Made by a program: the position numbers and the translations under genes. From an uncultured Candidatus Rokubacteria bacterium (GTDB lineage: Bacteria; Methylomirabilota; Methylomirabilia; Rokubacteriales; CSP1-6): a stretch of DNA of 64,000 nt. This document shows positions 1 to 11,239 of this stretch, piece after piece (position 1 is the first letter of the stretch; every line of letters starts with the position of its first letter). Location: the NCBI GenBank assembly GCA_963754315.1, contig CAVWFS010000014.1:64001-128000 (forward strand), given 5' to 3'. Under the pieces are notes generated by a model, which worked only from the letters and a program-made list of their open reading frames with translations, was not told the origin of the DNA and made no database searches.

Positions 1-502
<502 letters not shown>

Positions 503-538
503 CTACCCTCTAGCAGAATACTCCTTAGGAGAGCGCGA

Positions 539-1624
539 ATGAAGATCACCCATGTCACGACCCGAGCGCTCAGGACGCCGGCCGACAACCCCCTGGTCGT
601 CGGCCTCCCGGCCCCCACTGACACCCGGGAGTTCGTCACCCTCGAGCTGGGCACCGATCAAGGCCTGGTAGGCGTCGGGCTGACGTTCTTCGGCGGGGCC
701 CTGACCCCGGCCCTCAAGGCCGCCGTCGACACTCTCGCCCACCTGGTGATCGGCGACGATCCGAGGCAGGTGGAGGCCATTGCCGGCAAGCTGCGGCGGG
801 CGGCCGGCAGCTCGGGCCCGGGCGGCATCTTCTCCCTGGCTCTTTCCGCCGTGGACATGGCGTGCTGGGACCTCAAGGGCAAGGCGGTCGGCCAGTCCGT
901 GTGCCAGCTGCTGGGCGGCCTGCGCGAGCGCGTCCCGACCTACGCCAGCGGGGCGCTGATGCGCCCTCACCCGGTGGACTATCTGGCCAAGGCCGGTCCG
1001 CGCCTGGTCGGCATGGGCTTTCGTCAAATGAAGATGCAGTGCGGGAGCGAGCCGACCATGGCCGCCTCGGTCGAGCGTGTACGCGTGATGCGCGAGAGCA
1101 TCGGTCCCGACGTCGATCTCATGTGCGACATCAACCAGCTCTGGAGCGTGAACCACGCCGTCGAGGTCGGCCGCCGGCTCGAGCCCTATCATCTCTTCTG
1201 GCTCGAGGATCCGGTCGCTCACGACGACTACCCCGGCCTGGCCCGGGTGGCCGATGCCCTGACCACACCGATCGCCGCCGGCGAGTATCACTACGGGATC
1301 GTGCCGTTTCGCCATCTGCTCGAAGCACGCTCCATCGACATCGTGATGATCGACCTGCTGCGCGTGGGTGGTATCACGCAATGGATGAAGGTCGCTGGAA
1401 TGGCCGAGGCCTTCAATCTGCCCGTGGTGAGCCACCTGGTACCTGAGATCCACGTTCACCTGGTCGCCGCCATCCCCAACGGCCTCACCGTCGAGTACAT
1501 GCCGTGGACCTTGCAGCTCTTTGAACAGACGCCGCCGATCGAGAACGGTCAGCTCGTGGTGCCCAAGACGCCGGGCCTAGGCCTGGCCTTCGACCAGGCC
1601 GCTCTGAAGCGCTATCAGGGTTAA
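539..1624 (+). CDS. mandelate racemase/muconate lactonizing enzyme family protein (enolase superfamily)
   Basis: ALSAVDMACWDLKGK motif; metal ligands in MCDINQ, WLEDP, AGEY; AGGAG RBS before ATG 539; the upstream part of ORF 59.. is antisense to leuA. Confidence 0.9.
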   Translation: MKITHVTTRALRTPADNPLVVGLPAPTDTREFVTLELGTDQGLVGVGLTFFGGALTPALKAAVDTLAHLVIGDDPRQVEAIAGKLRRAAGSSGPGGIFSLALSAVDMACWDLKGKAVGQSVCQLLGGLRERVPTYASGALMRPHPVDYLAKAGPRLVGMGFRQMKMQCGSEPTMAASVERVRVMRESIGPDVDLMCDINQLWSVNHAVEVGRRLEPYHLFWLEDPVAHDDYPGLARVADALTTPIAAGEYHYGIVPFRHLLEARSIDIVMIDLLRVGGITQWMKVAGMAEAFNLPVVSHLVPEIHVHLVAAIPNGLTVEYMPWTLQLFEQTPPIENGQLVVPKTPGLGLAFDQAALKRYQG

Positions 1625-1676
1625 GCGTCGCGCCAGGTCAGGATCTGACTCGCCGAGACGAACCCCGCAGCTGCGG

Positions 1677-2087
1677 CTACGGCCCGTGGACAGCCGCGCG
1701 AATAGGGGCATCCACTTCCACCTGGTAGGCGTCGGCCAAGGTGTTGGTTCGGTTAAAAACCCCGACGACGGCCAGCAACTCACCGAGCATCTCGTCGTCC
1801 ATGCCGAGCTTGCGGGCTGCTACGGTGTGGGAGTTGATGCAGTACTCACACCCGTTGGTGGCGCTCACGGCGAGGGCGATCAGCTCCTTGGTCAAGCCGT
1901 CGAGCCGTCCGGGTGTCATGGCCGTTTTGAGGCTGTGCCACACGTCGCGGAGCAGGGGCGGATGCGACGCGAGCACCTTCCAGAAGTTCGGCACCCGCTC
2001 GATGCCCCGGCTCTGCATGATGTCGTCATACACGGCCCGCACCTCGGGCTTGGCATTCTCGTACTCGACCATTCTCACGGTCGCCAT
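1677..2087 (-). CDS. AhpD-like/carboxymuconolactone decarboxylase family peroxidase-related protein
   Basis: KELIALAVSATNGCEYCINSH (CxxC-xxx-H); start overlaps the stop of the upstream ligase; GAGGAGG RBS. Confidence 0.88.
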   Translation of the reverse strand: MATVRMVEYENAKPEVRAVYDDIMQSRGIERVPNFWKVLASHPPLLRDVWHSLKTAMTPGRLDGLTKELIALAVSATNGCEYCINSHTVAARKLGMDDEMLGELLAVVGVFNRTNTLADAYQVEVDAPIRAAVHGP

Positions 2088-3724
2088 CACATTCCTCCTC
2101 TCGCCGCGGCGTTCGGTCTGGCTCCGCCACCGAGCAGCTCTATGGCGCGCTCGCGCAGCACCGCCTTCTGGATCTTGCCCGATGACGTCACCGGCAAATC
2201 GTCCACGAAGATGACGTGGCGGGGAACCTTGAAGCTCGCGATGCGGCCCCGACAGGAGGCGACGACCTCGGCCTCCGTCACCACGGTCCCCGGCTGTCGC
2301 TGAACGAAGGCCACTCCCACCTCGGTCAGCTTGGCATCGGGATAGCTGACCACCGCCGCTTGTTGAACACCGGGATGCTGCAGCAGATAGCCCTCGACCT
2401 CCATGGGATCGACGTTCTCTCCGCCAATCTTCAGCATGTCCTTGTAGCGGCCCACGAAACGAACGTATCCATCGGATCGCAAGACAGCCATGTCGCCCGT
2501 GTGGAACCAGCCGTCGGCGTCGAGGGCGCGCGCCGTCTCCAGCGGCTTTCGGTAGTACCCCTGCATCATGTACCTGGACTGTACGAGCAGCTCGCCTGCC
2601 ACACCGCGTGGCTGCTCCTGCCCCGTCTCCGGGTCCACGACTCGTACGGCGAAGCCTTCGCAAGGATAGCCCGAGGTTTCGCAGGCCTGCTCGTCGGTGG
2701 CATCGGGGAACGACACGCTGACGTTGGCGCCGACCTCGGTGATTCCGTAGGCGGCGAGGAACCGAGCCGGGGCCAGCACCGTGCGCGCACGATACGCGGT
2801 CGCAGCGACGCTGGCCTGCCCCAGAGCCATGAGCCCGGTCCGCAACGTTCGGAGAGTGCGGGGGCGCGCCTCCTGCGCATCGCACAGCGCCTTCAGGTGT
2901 CCCTCGAACCCGTGCACCTGGGTGCCGCCCTCCTGCTCGATCAGGTCGAGCGCCTCGTCGGGATCGAAGGTCTCAGTGAGAACCTGCCGATTGCCGACCA
3001 TCATCGAGCCGAGAGGGCCATCCACATAGCCGAAGATGTGGAAGAGCGGCAGGTAGTTGATGAAGACATCATGCTCGCACACCCGCAGACGACGGTGGCG
3101 GTCGACGAGGCTCTCGATGAGGCCGTGGTCGCGCGCGACCCCCTTGGGAAAGCCGGTGGTGCCTGATGTGTACATGATGAACGCGGTGTCGGTGGACCGC
3201 ACGGCGGCCGCACGCTCGCGCACGGTCGTGTCGCTCACCGCACGCCCGCGTTCGAGGAGGTCGCTCCAGCCAACGGTATCACGGTAAGCCCGTTCGCTCT
3301 TGATGACGAGGCGCTTCAGGTGACCGGTCATCGGGCCCAGCTGCCGGGCCATGCTCAGGTAGTCGATCGGACCCGAGACGTCGTGGGTGATCAAGGTGCT
3401 GCTGTCCGACTGCCGCAGCACGTAGGCGACATCGTCCGTGCGCAGGCGCGTGTTCACGGGAACGTGGACGGCGCCGATCTTGGCGCACGCGAACATGGCG
3501 TGGATCCATTCGGGGCTGTTCTGGAGCCAGATGGCGACCTTGTCGCCCGGAGCCACCCCGAGCTGGATCAGGCCCTTGGCGACACCATCGACATCGGCTG
3601 CCACCTCGCGGAATGAAAAGCGTCGACCCTTGAAGGCCAAGGCCTCGCGATCGCCCCAGCGTGCCCTGGCCTCGTCGACCAGCCCTCCCATGGTTCGTCC
3701 CATGCTGTCCCCCACGCGCAGCAT
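2087..3724 (-). CDS. AMP-binding acyl-CoA synthetase (long-chain/aryl-CoA ligase family)
   Basis: YTSGTTGFPKG, YGITE, GWFHTGD, GRYKD and SGKIQK motifs; start could also be 3703. Confidence 0.9.
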   Translation of the reverse strand: MLRVGDSMGRTMGGLVDEARARWGDREALAFKGRRFSFREVAADVDGVAKGLIQLGVAPGDKVAIWLQNSPEWIHAMFACAKIGAVHVPVNTRLRTDDVAYVLRQSDSSTLITHDVSGPIDYLSMARQLGPMTGHLKRLVIKSERAYRDTVGWSDLLERGRAVSDTTVRERAAAVRSTDTAFIMYTSGTTGFPKGVARDHGLIESLVDRHRRLRVCEHDVFINYLPLFHIFGYVDGPLGSMMVGNRQVLTETFDPDEALDLIEQEGGTQVHGFEGHLKALCDAQEARPRTLRTLRTGLMALGQASVAATAYRARTVLAPARFLAAYGITEVGANVSVSFPDATDEQACETSGYPCEGFAVRVVDPETGQEQPRGVAGELLVQSRYMMQGYYRKPLETARALDADGWFHTGDMAVLRSDGYVRFVGRYKDMLKIGGENVDPMEVEGYLLQHPGVQQAAVVSYPDAKLTEVGVAFVQRQPGTVVTEAEVVASCRGRIASFKVPRHVIFVDDLPVTSSGKIQKAVLRERAIELLGGGARPNAAARGGM

Positions 3725-3782
3725 CCTCGCTTGCTATGTACCATGGGCGCGAGGAGGGCTTGCAAGCGTCGTGCATCCGACC

Positions 3783-6072
3783 ATGATCGTGCTGCTCTAC
3801 GCGATCACCCTGTTCGCCAGCGCCACCCTCTTGTTCGTGGTGCAACCTATGGTAGGCAAGATGGTCTTGCCTCTCCTCGGGGGCACTCCCGCCGTGTGGA
3901 GCACGTGCATGGTCTTTTTTCAAGCCGCGCTCCTCGGCGGCTACGCCTACGCCCATGCCAGCACTTCCTGGCTGGGGGTGGCGCGTCAGGCCCGGTGGCA
4001 CCGCGTCCTCCTCGTCCTCCCCTTGGCCGTCCTGCCCCTCGGTGTCGACGCCAGTTTGCTGCGGGGTGGCGAGGCGAGTCTCGTGCTGGATGTGCTGCTC
4101 GTGCTCACGATCACGGTGGGGCTGCCGTTCTTCGTGGTCAGCGCCAGTGCTCCGCTTCTGCAGACATGGTTCACGCACACCGGGCACCCGGCCGCGCGCG
4201 ATCCCTACTTTCTCTACGCGGCGAGCAACCTCGGCAGCATGCTGGCCTTGCTGGCATATCCAACTCTGATCGAGCCGAAGCTCTCTCTCCGGGAGTCAGG
4301 GTGGCTGGCCCAGACGCACCTGTGGAGCGCGGGCTACGGGGTACTCGCCGTTCTGATCGTCCTGTGTACGCTGACCGTGCCCCGCATCGCCTCTGTGAAT
4401 CCCACCGCGGCGGCGGACGAGTGGCGCGAGACGATCCCCCTCACTCGACGCCTCTCCTGGATGGCCTTCGCCTTCGTTCCCTCGAGTCTGCTCCTGGGGG
4501 CGACCACCTACATCACGACGGATATCGCCGCCGTGCCGCTGCTCTGGGTGCCGCCTCTGGCCATCTATCTGCTGAGCTTCATCATCGCCTTTGGCCGCTA
4601 TCCGCTCTGGCTGCAGCGGGCGGTGGAAAGCACCACCCTGCCCGTGATCCTCGCCGTGCTGTTCTTGCTGGTCTCCGGCTTTCGCCAGCGCATCTGGATC
4701 AGCGTGCTCTGGCACCTGCTCTTGCTGCTCGTGGTGGCTCTCGCGTGTCACGGGACGCTCGCGCGCGACCGTCCCGGCCCCAGTCGGCTCACCGAATTCT
4801 ATCTCCTGATCTCGGTCGGCGGGATGCTGGGTGGGCTCTTGAACGCTCTCATCGCGCCGGCGGTGTTCGACTCGCTGGCCGAGTACCCGCTGGTCATGGT
4901 GCTGGCTGGCTTGCTCGTTGGCCGCTCACGCATGGCGTCAGCGGGCCAGTCGCCAGCCTACCTGCTCGACGTGATCCTGGGGCTCGGGACGGGCATGCTC
5001 GCTCTTGTGCTTTACTCCGACACGCTCTCCCTCCGCTTCGACTTCGCGTTTCTCACCCGCGCGCTCGGCCTCGCCAGCGGCGGTCCTCAGTGGCTCGATA
5101 CGCTCGAGCAAGCGTTAAACAAGCTCGTCGTCTACGCGCCACCCCTCATCCTCGCCTTCCGCTGGCGGCGCCGCCCGCTCACGCTCGGGACTGCCCTGGT
5201 CGGCGTGCTGGTGGTGGCGGGGTTCGTCGAATCGCGAAACATCGAGCAGATCCATCAAGCGCGGAGCTTCTTTGGGGTCCTCAGAGTCACGCGCGACCGC
5301 GCAGAGACGGGGTACACGGAACTGCGCCACGGGACCACGTTGCACGGACGTCAGAGCCTCGAGGGCAAGCGCCGCGGAGAGCCGCTTTCCTACTACCACC
5401 GCGCGGGCCCGATGGGACAGATTTTCGCCGAGTTCGACCGGCGCGCTCACGCTTCGCCGAATCGCCGTCATCGGCCTTGGCACGGGCACCCTGGCTGCCT
5501 ACGCCCAGCCAGGGGACAGACTGGTCTTCTACGAGATCGACCCGCTGGTGCAGGCGATCGCCCTCGACCGCGCGTATTTCACGTATCTGAGCGATGCCCA
5601 AACGCGGGGCGTGACCGTGCGCGTCGAGCTCGGCGATGCCCGCGTTCGTCTGGAGCGGGCACGGCAGGAGCGGCCCGACGAGCGCTACGACCTGATCGTG
5701 GTGGATGCGTTCAGCTCGGACGCCATTCCCGTACACCTGCTCACGCGGCAAGCCCTGCAGCTGTATCTCGAGATGCTGACGCCCCGTGGGCTGCTCGCCC
5801 TGCACCTGTCGAACCGCTATCTCGACCTCGAGCGGGTCGCCGCCAATCTTGCCGAAGATGCCGGCCTCGGCGGACGGTTGCTCCAGCACGATGAGGCGGG
5901 GGAAACGCAAGGCGGTACCCGATCCACGTGGGCGGTGCTCGCCCGGACCCCTGAGGCGCTCGGCCAGCTGGCTCTGGATGCGCGTTGGACAGTAACGCAG
6001 CTAGAGGTTGATCCGCGCGTCGGCGTGTGGACGGACGACTTCCACAACCCCCTCTCGATTATGCGGTGGTGA
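3783..6072 (+). pseudogene. fused multi-TM membrane/spermidine synthase-like SAM-binding protein, frameshifted near 5450 (possibly a sequence error)
   Basis: N-terminal TM region (LLFVVQPMVGK..LGGTPAVW, DPYFLYAASNLGS, HGTTLHGRQ) in ORF 3438..; C-terminal domain (IAVIGLGTGTLA, YEIDP, GDAR, YDLIVVDAFSSDAIPVHL, WTDDF) in ORF 5272..6072. Confidence 0.85.
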
Positions 6073-7670
6073 AGAAGCGAAAACGACGGGCGCGCAGGAT
6101 CTCGCGGGCGGCGTTCCAGCCTGGCGTGCCCATCACCCCTCCCCCCGGGTGAGCGGCCGCGCCACAGAGATACAGGCCCCTGATCGGCGTGCGGTAGCCC
6201 GCACAGCCTGGCAGAGACCGAAAGGAGAAAAGCTGGTGGGGGATCATCGCGCCCTGGAAGATGTTGCCGCCCGTCAGATTGAAGGTGCGCTCGAGATCCA
6301 GCGGCGTGACCACCTGGCGGGCCAACACGGAACGGCGAAAATTCGGCGCGTATTCGTCGAGCACCTCGAAGCACCGGTCGGCGAAGGTCTCGCCGAGCCG
6401 ATCCCACGTGGACTCGCGCAAGGCGTAGGGCGCGTACTGCACGAAGATCGACATGAGATGGCGGCCCGGCGGGGCCACCGTGGGATCCACGACCGAAGGA
6501 ATCGTGCATTCCAGAACCGGGCGCTCCGAGGGCCGACCGTACTTGGCGTCGTCGTAGGCGTGCTCGATATAGTCGAGATCCGGGCAGATGTGGATCGTCC
6601 CCCGGTGCTGGGGGCCCGGCCCCGCTCCCGGACAGGCACGGAAGTTCGGCAGCTCGGCGAGGGCCACGTTGATCTTGAGTGACGCGCTCTCGTAGCTGAT
6701 GCGGCCCACTGCCGCCAGCAATTCGGCAGGGGCTGCCTTCGGATCGAGCAAACGGCGGAAGGTGACGTTCGCGTCGGCGTTGCTGGCCACGATCGGTGCG
6801 TCGTACTCGTCTCCGCTCGCCAGGGCGACCCCGGTCACCCGACCATCCCGCACGAGGATACGGCCCACCTCGGCCTCGCATCGGATGACCACACCAAGAT
6901 CGCGGGCGGCGCGGGCCAGGGCCTCGGAGAGGCCACCCATGCCTCCCTTGGCGTAACCCCACACGCCGCGCCGGCCGTCTGGTTTCTCCCATCACGTGAT
7001 GCAGGAGCACGTACGCCGTGCCGGGCATGGAGGGGCTGGCCATGGCGCCGATGATGGCGTCGGTCGCCAGAGTCGCCTTGAGCTCCACCGATTCGAACCA
7101 GTGGTCGAGCAGGGGGCGCGCCGCCCCGGCGAGCACTTCGATCGCTTCCGGCGCCCCAGGGCCAAGACGCGCGAAGGAGCGTCCGAGAGCCAGGAGTTGC
7201 CGCAGTCCGCGAAGGCCCGGACGCAGCAGGTTCGGCGGCGCCATGGTCAAGGTGGGCTCGATGAAGGCCGCCACCCGCTCCAGCATCGCCTCGTATTCGG
7301 GGTAGCGCAAAGCGTCGCGCGGGCTGAACTTCGAGATCTCGGCACGGTTGAGAGCCTGGCTCGGCCCGAGGATCAGAAAACGGCCATCGGGATAGGGCGT
7401 GAACGACGACGGATCGCGGGGGAGCACCTCGAAGCCATACTCGGCCAGACGCAAGTCGCTAACGATCACCTTGTGGAAGAGGCTCACAACATAGGCGGCC
7501 GTGGACACCTTGAAGCCCGGAAAGGTTTCCTCGGTGACACAGGCCCCGCCCACGAGGTGCCGACGCTCCAGCACGAGCACGCGCAGGCCCGCCCGGGCAA
7601 GGTAACAGGCCGCCACCAAGCCATTGTGGCCGGCACCTACCACGATCGCATCGAAGCTCTGGGCGCTCAT
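6059..7670 (-). pseudogene. phytoene desaturase-like NAD(P)/FAD-dependent oxidoreductase, frameshifted at about 6980 (possibly a sequence error)
   Basis: GAGHNGL dinucleotide motif; removing one base at 6980 restores HHVMGETDGRRGVWGYAKGGMG; C-terminus GLYLCGAAAHPGGGVMG. Confidence 0.87.
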
Positions 7671-7780
7671 GTGCTCACGGGCCCTCCGCGTCACGCGGAG
7701 AACGCCCGCGACCCGCCGGAGACGGCCTCGTCCACGATATCCCACTTTCACCATCTGACGCGACCGTCTAACGTGGCGTT

Positions 7781-9001
7781 ATGCGTGACACGTCGAGGAC
7801 CCCGTCCCGCGCCCAGTCACATGCCGCGCGGGCGCGTTTCTGGCGTGCGGCGTTCGCCGGGTTGGCTGCGCTCCTGGTCGGAATCGGTCTGAGCCGCTTC
7901 GGCTATGCGCCCCTCATACCGGCGCTGATCCAGGCCGGGTGGTTCGACGCCGGCCAGGCCAGCTATCTTGGCGCCACCAATCTGGCCGGCTACGTCGTCG
8001 GCGCGACCCTCGCCCCTCACCTAGCCGTCGGGCGCTCAGCCGTGGGGCTCATGCGGGGCTCCATGGTGCTGGCGACCGCGAGCTTCGTCGCCTGCGCGCT
8101 CCCGCTGGGATTCGCGTGGTACTTCGCCTGGCGACTCTGCTCGGGGGTAGTCGGAGGGTTTCTGATGGTTCTGGCTCCGCCGGCGGTCCTGGCTTCCGTC
8201 CGACCTGAACTCCGTGGCCGTGTCGGGGGCATCGTGTTCACGGGAGTGGGCGCTGGTATCGCCCTCTCCGGAACGGTCGTTCCGTGGGCGGTTTCCTTCG
8301 GTCTTTCAGAGGCGTGGCTCGGCCTCGGAGTGGTTTCAGCGTTGCTGACGGCGCTCGCGTGGGGTGGTCTGCCGACGATGACGACCACGTCGCGCTTCGC
8401 GCCGATCAATCCTGGGGAAGGTGGGGCGGCCACCCTCGCTCCCGGACTCCTGGTTCTCATGATCGCGTACGCGTGCGCAGCAGCAGGTTTCGTTCCGCAC
8501 ACGGTCTTCTGGGTCGACTACATCGCCCGTGGTCTCGACCGTGGCCTCGGCGTGGGCGGCAGTTACTGGGTGGGGCTCGGCGTCGCCGCCGCGTGTGGGC
8601 CGCTGGCCACCGGAACCCTGGCGGATCGGATCGGCTTTCGGGTGAGCCTCCCGCTCGCGCTCCTCGGACAGGCCGTGGCGGTGGCCCTGCCCATTGTTTC
8701 GTCCCACCCCTTCTCGCTCGCGCTCTCGTCCATCGGTGTCGGTGGCCTGGCCATCGGGGCGACCTCCCTCGCCTCGGGCCGCGTGGGCGAATTGGTTGCG
8801 CTGGAGCATCGCCGGCAAGTCTGGGGGTGGATGACGATCATCTTTGCGATCGTCTACGCGGCAACCGCCTATCTTCTGTCGTACCTGTTCGTCCGCACTG
8901 GATCGTACGATGCGCTCTTCGCGGTGGGGGCGGTGGCCTTGCTCGTGGGCGGGCTACTTGGTTTCGCGAGCCCGCGTCAAGCGCGTCCACGAGGGAAGTA
9001 G
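7781..9001 (+). CDS. MFS transporter (YbfB/YjiJ-like)
   Basis: About 12 hydrophobic segments; GIGLSRFGYAPLIP and GATNLAGY motifs. Confidence 0.85.
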   Translation: MRDTSRTPSRAQSHAARARFWRAAFAGLAALLVGIGLSRFGYAPLIPALIQAGWFDAGQASYLGATNLAGYVVGATLAPHLAVGRSAVGLMRGSMVLATASFVACALPLGFAWYFAWRLCSGVVGGFLMVLAPPAVLASVRPELRGRVGGIVFTGVGAGIALSGTVVPWAVSFGLSEAWLGLGVVSALLTALAWGGLPTMTTTSRFAPINPGEGGAATLAPGLLVLMIAYACAAAGFVPHTVFWVDYIARGLDRGLGVGGSYWVGLGVAAACGPLATGTLADRIGFRVSLPLALLGQAVAVALPIVSSHPFSLALSSIGVGGLAIGATSLASGRVGELVALEHRRQVWGWMTIIFAIVYAATAYLLSYLFVRTGSYDALFAVGAVALLVGGLLGFASPRQARPRGK

Positions 9002-9079
9002 CCAGGCGGACGCGGATTGGATAGCATGCCTATCGTTGCCTAGTGACGATTTTCGTCGAGAGGAGAGGCAAGAGCCCGC

Positions 9080-9826
9080 ATGAGAAAGCCGAAGGCTCCG
9101 AAGCTCGAGGTCGTGACCGACGTCCCTGACCGGGCGATGGTGATCTTCGCCCATCCCGATGATGCCGAGCTCGGCTCCGGTGGCGTCGTGGCCAGATGGG
9201 TGGCTGCTGGCTGCGAGGTCACCTACGTTCTCTGCACCAACGGCGGTGCCGGCACCGCGGACCGGGCGCTGACCCCGGATCAGCTCACGGAGCGCCGGGA
9301 AACGGAGCAACGGGCCGCCGCCGACTTCATGGGGGTCAAGCACGTGGTCATGCTCGGCTATCCGGACGGTGGCCTCGAGGACACCCGCGAGTTCCGAGGG
9401 GACGTCGTGCGCGCCATCCGCCAGTACCGGCCCCATACGGTCTTCGTTCACGACCCCTATCGCATCAAGGGATTCCAGCATCGAGACCACCGCATGGCGG
9501 GTATGGCGACCACCGACGCGGTCTATCCGTTCGCCCGCGATCACCTACACTTCCCGGAGCAGATCACCCGCGACGGCCTCGAGCCGCACAAGGTGCGCGA
9601 GCTCTGGTACTGGGGCGCCGACGAGCCAGACGTCATCGTGGACGTCAGCGATTTTGTCGACAAGCAGGTGGCCGCGGTCGTCCGTCACGAGAGTCAGGTC
9701 GGCGGCCTGAACGTGCCGCCGGGAGAAACGCTCGAGCAGCGCATGAAGCAGCACGCCGCCGAGCTGGCCAAGGGCTATGGATTCAAGTACGCGGCGGTCT
9801 TCCGGCGGCTGATCGCCCGGCGGTGA
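9080..9826 (+). CDS. PIG-L family deacetylase
   Basis: AHPDDAE, R..EQRAAA, HRDH and HESQ motifs; GAGGAG RBS. Confidence 0.9.
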   Translation: MRKPKAPKLEVVTDVPDRAMVIFAHPDDAELGSGGVVARWVAAGCEVTYVLCTNGGAGTADRALTPDQLTERRETEQRAAADFMGVKHVVMLGYPDGGLEDTREFRGDVVRAIRQYRPHTVFVHDPYRIKGFQHRDHRMAGMATTDAVYPFARDHLHFPEQITRDGLEPHKVRELWYWGADEPDVIVDVSDFVDKQVAAVVRHESQVGGLNVPPGETLEQRMKQHAAELAKGYGFKYAAVFRRLIARR

Positions 9827-9901
9827 GGGCGGTGCAGCTGAACAAAACCTGCGAATAGCCCGCACCATGCGCCACGGCGATCACGGGCCCTACAGATCGT
9901 C

Positions 9902-11167
9902 CTGACACGCCCGGCGTCTGGAGGTTCCGGCACGCCACCGGCGCCGGCGCGGCTGGGTGCCCTCCGGCATCGCGACTTCCGGCTTTTCTGGAGCGGGCAA
10001 CTGGTCTCGCTGATCGGAACATGGATGCAGAGCGTGGGCCAGGCCTGGCTCGTTCTCGAGCTCACGGACTCGGCGTTTCAGCTCGGACTCGTCACCGCCC
10101 TTCAGTTCGCGCCTATCCTGGTTCTGTCACCGGTGGGCGGCGCCATGAGCGACCGCTTCCCAAAGCGACGGATCATTCTTGCCACCCAGTCGACGATGAT
10201 GGTGCAGGCCTTTGTCCTGGCCATCCTCGTCGGAAGCGGCCACGTACGGTACTGGCATGTGGCCGTCCTGGCGGCAATCTACGGGGTGGGACGCGCCATC
10301 GACATCCCGGCTCGTCAGGCGTTCATCACGGATCTCGTGGGCAAGCCCGATCTTCCCAACGCGGTGGCCCTCAACTCGGTGGTCTTCAACGGCGCCCGCA
10401 TCGTAGGGCCGGCAGCGGCAGGACTGCTCATCGCCCGCTTCGGTGTGTCGGTCGCCTTCCTCCTCAACGGTCTCAGCTTCGTGGCCGTGCTGGCGGCGCT
10501 CGTGGCCATCCGCACGGCCGGCTACCCGGACCCGGGCGGTCGACTCGGAATCAGAGCGGGCCTCGCAGGGGCGGTCGCCTACGCGGCCGGGACGCCACCC
10601 GTGATGTTCACCCTCGGCCTGCTTTTGACGGTGAGCGTCCTTGTGCTCAACTTCAACGTGGTGGTACCGCTGGTGGCCCGCGAGGTCCTGAACCAGGGCG
10701 CACGGGGATTCGGGATTCTCATGTCCGCGCTGGGGGTGGGGGCCGTGATCGCGGGTATCGGCCTGACCTTGCTGCGGCAGGGCCGGCCACCGCTCTGGTT
10801 CCTCGCCGCTGCGGCGGCGATCCTGAGCCTTGGCACTGCCGCCCTCGCCCTGGTTGGCCACTTCGGGGCAACCGCCCTCTTGCTGGGGTTTCTCGGTTGC
10901 TGGCAGATCCTCTTCTCAACCGGGTGCAACACCACCCTGCAGCTCGTCACCCCCGATGCCCTGCGCGGACGGGTGATGGGCCTCTACGCGCTGGTATTTG
11001 CAGGGATGACCCCATTCGGGTCGCTCCTGATCGGCACCGTCGCCGAGCACCTTGGTATCCGCGTCGCGTGCGCTCTGGGCGGTCTCTCAGGCCTGGTCGC
11101 CGTGCTCGCCCTCGTGCTCACCTTTCACCGCACGGGGCTCAAGTGGGCGCGCGGGGGAGATTGGTAG
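9902..11167 (+). CDS. MFS transporter (MFS_3/transmembrane secretion effector-like); start codon uncertain
   Basis: In-frame ALRHRDFRLFWSGQLVSLIGTW precedes the first ATG (10025); PARQAF, NAVALNS, ARIVGPA and LRGRVMG motifs. Confidence 0.8.
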   Translation: MTRPASGGSGTPPAPARLGALRHRDFRLFWSGQLVSLIGTWMQSVGQAWLVLELTDSAFQLGLVTALQFAPILVLSPVGGAMSDRFPKRRIILATQSTMMVQAFVLAILVGSGHVRYWHVAVLAAIYGVGRAIDIPARQAFITDLVGKPDLPNAVALNSVVFNGARIVGPAAAGLLIARFGVSVAFLLNGLSFVAVLAALVAIRTAGYPDPGGRLGIRAGLAGAVAYAAGTPPVMFTLGLLLTVSVLVLNFNVVVPLVAREVLNQGARGFGILMSALGVGAVIAGIGLTLLRQGRPPLWFLAAAAAILSLGTAALALVGHFGATALLLGFLGCWQILFSTGCNTTLQLVTPDALRGRVMGLYALVFAGMTPFGSLLIGTVAEHLGIRVACALGGLSGLVAVLALVLTFHRTGLKWARGGDW

Positions 11168-11239
11168 GATGGATCCTGTTCGAGTCGAGCGGCCTGTGAT
11201 AGCGTGCAGTGGGCGGACGAAACCCGGCGGAGACCCACC

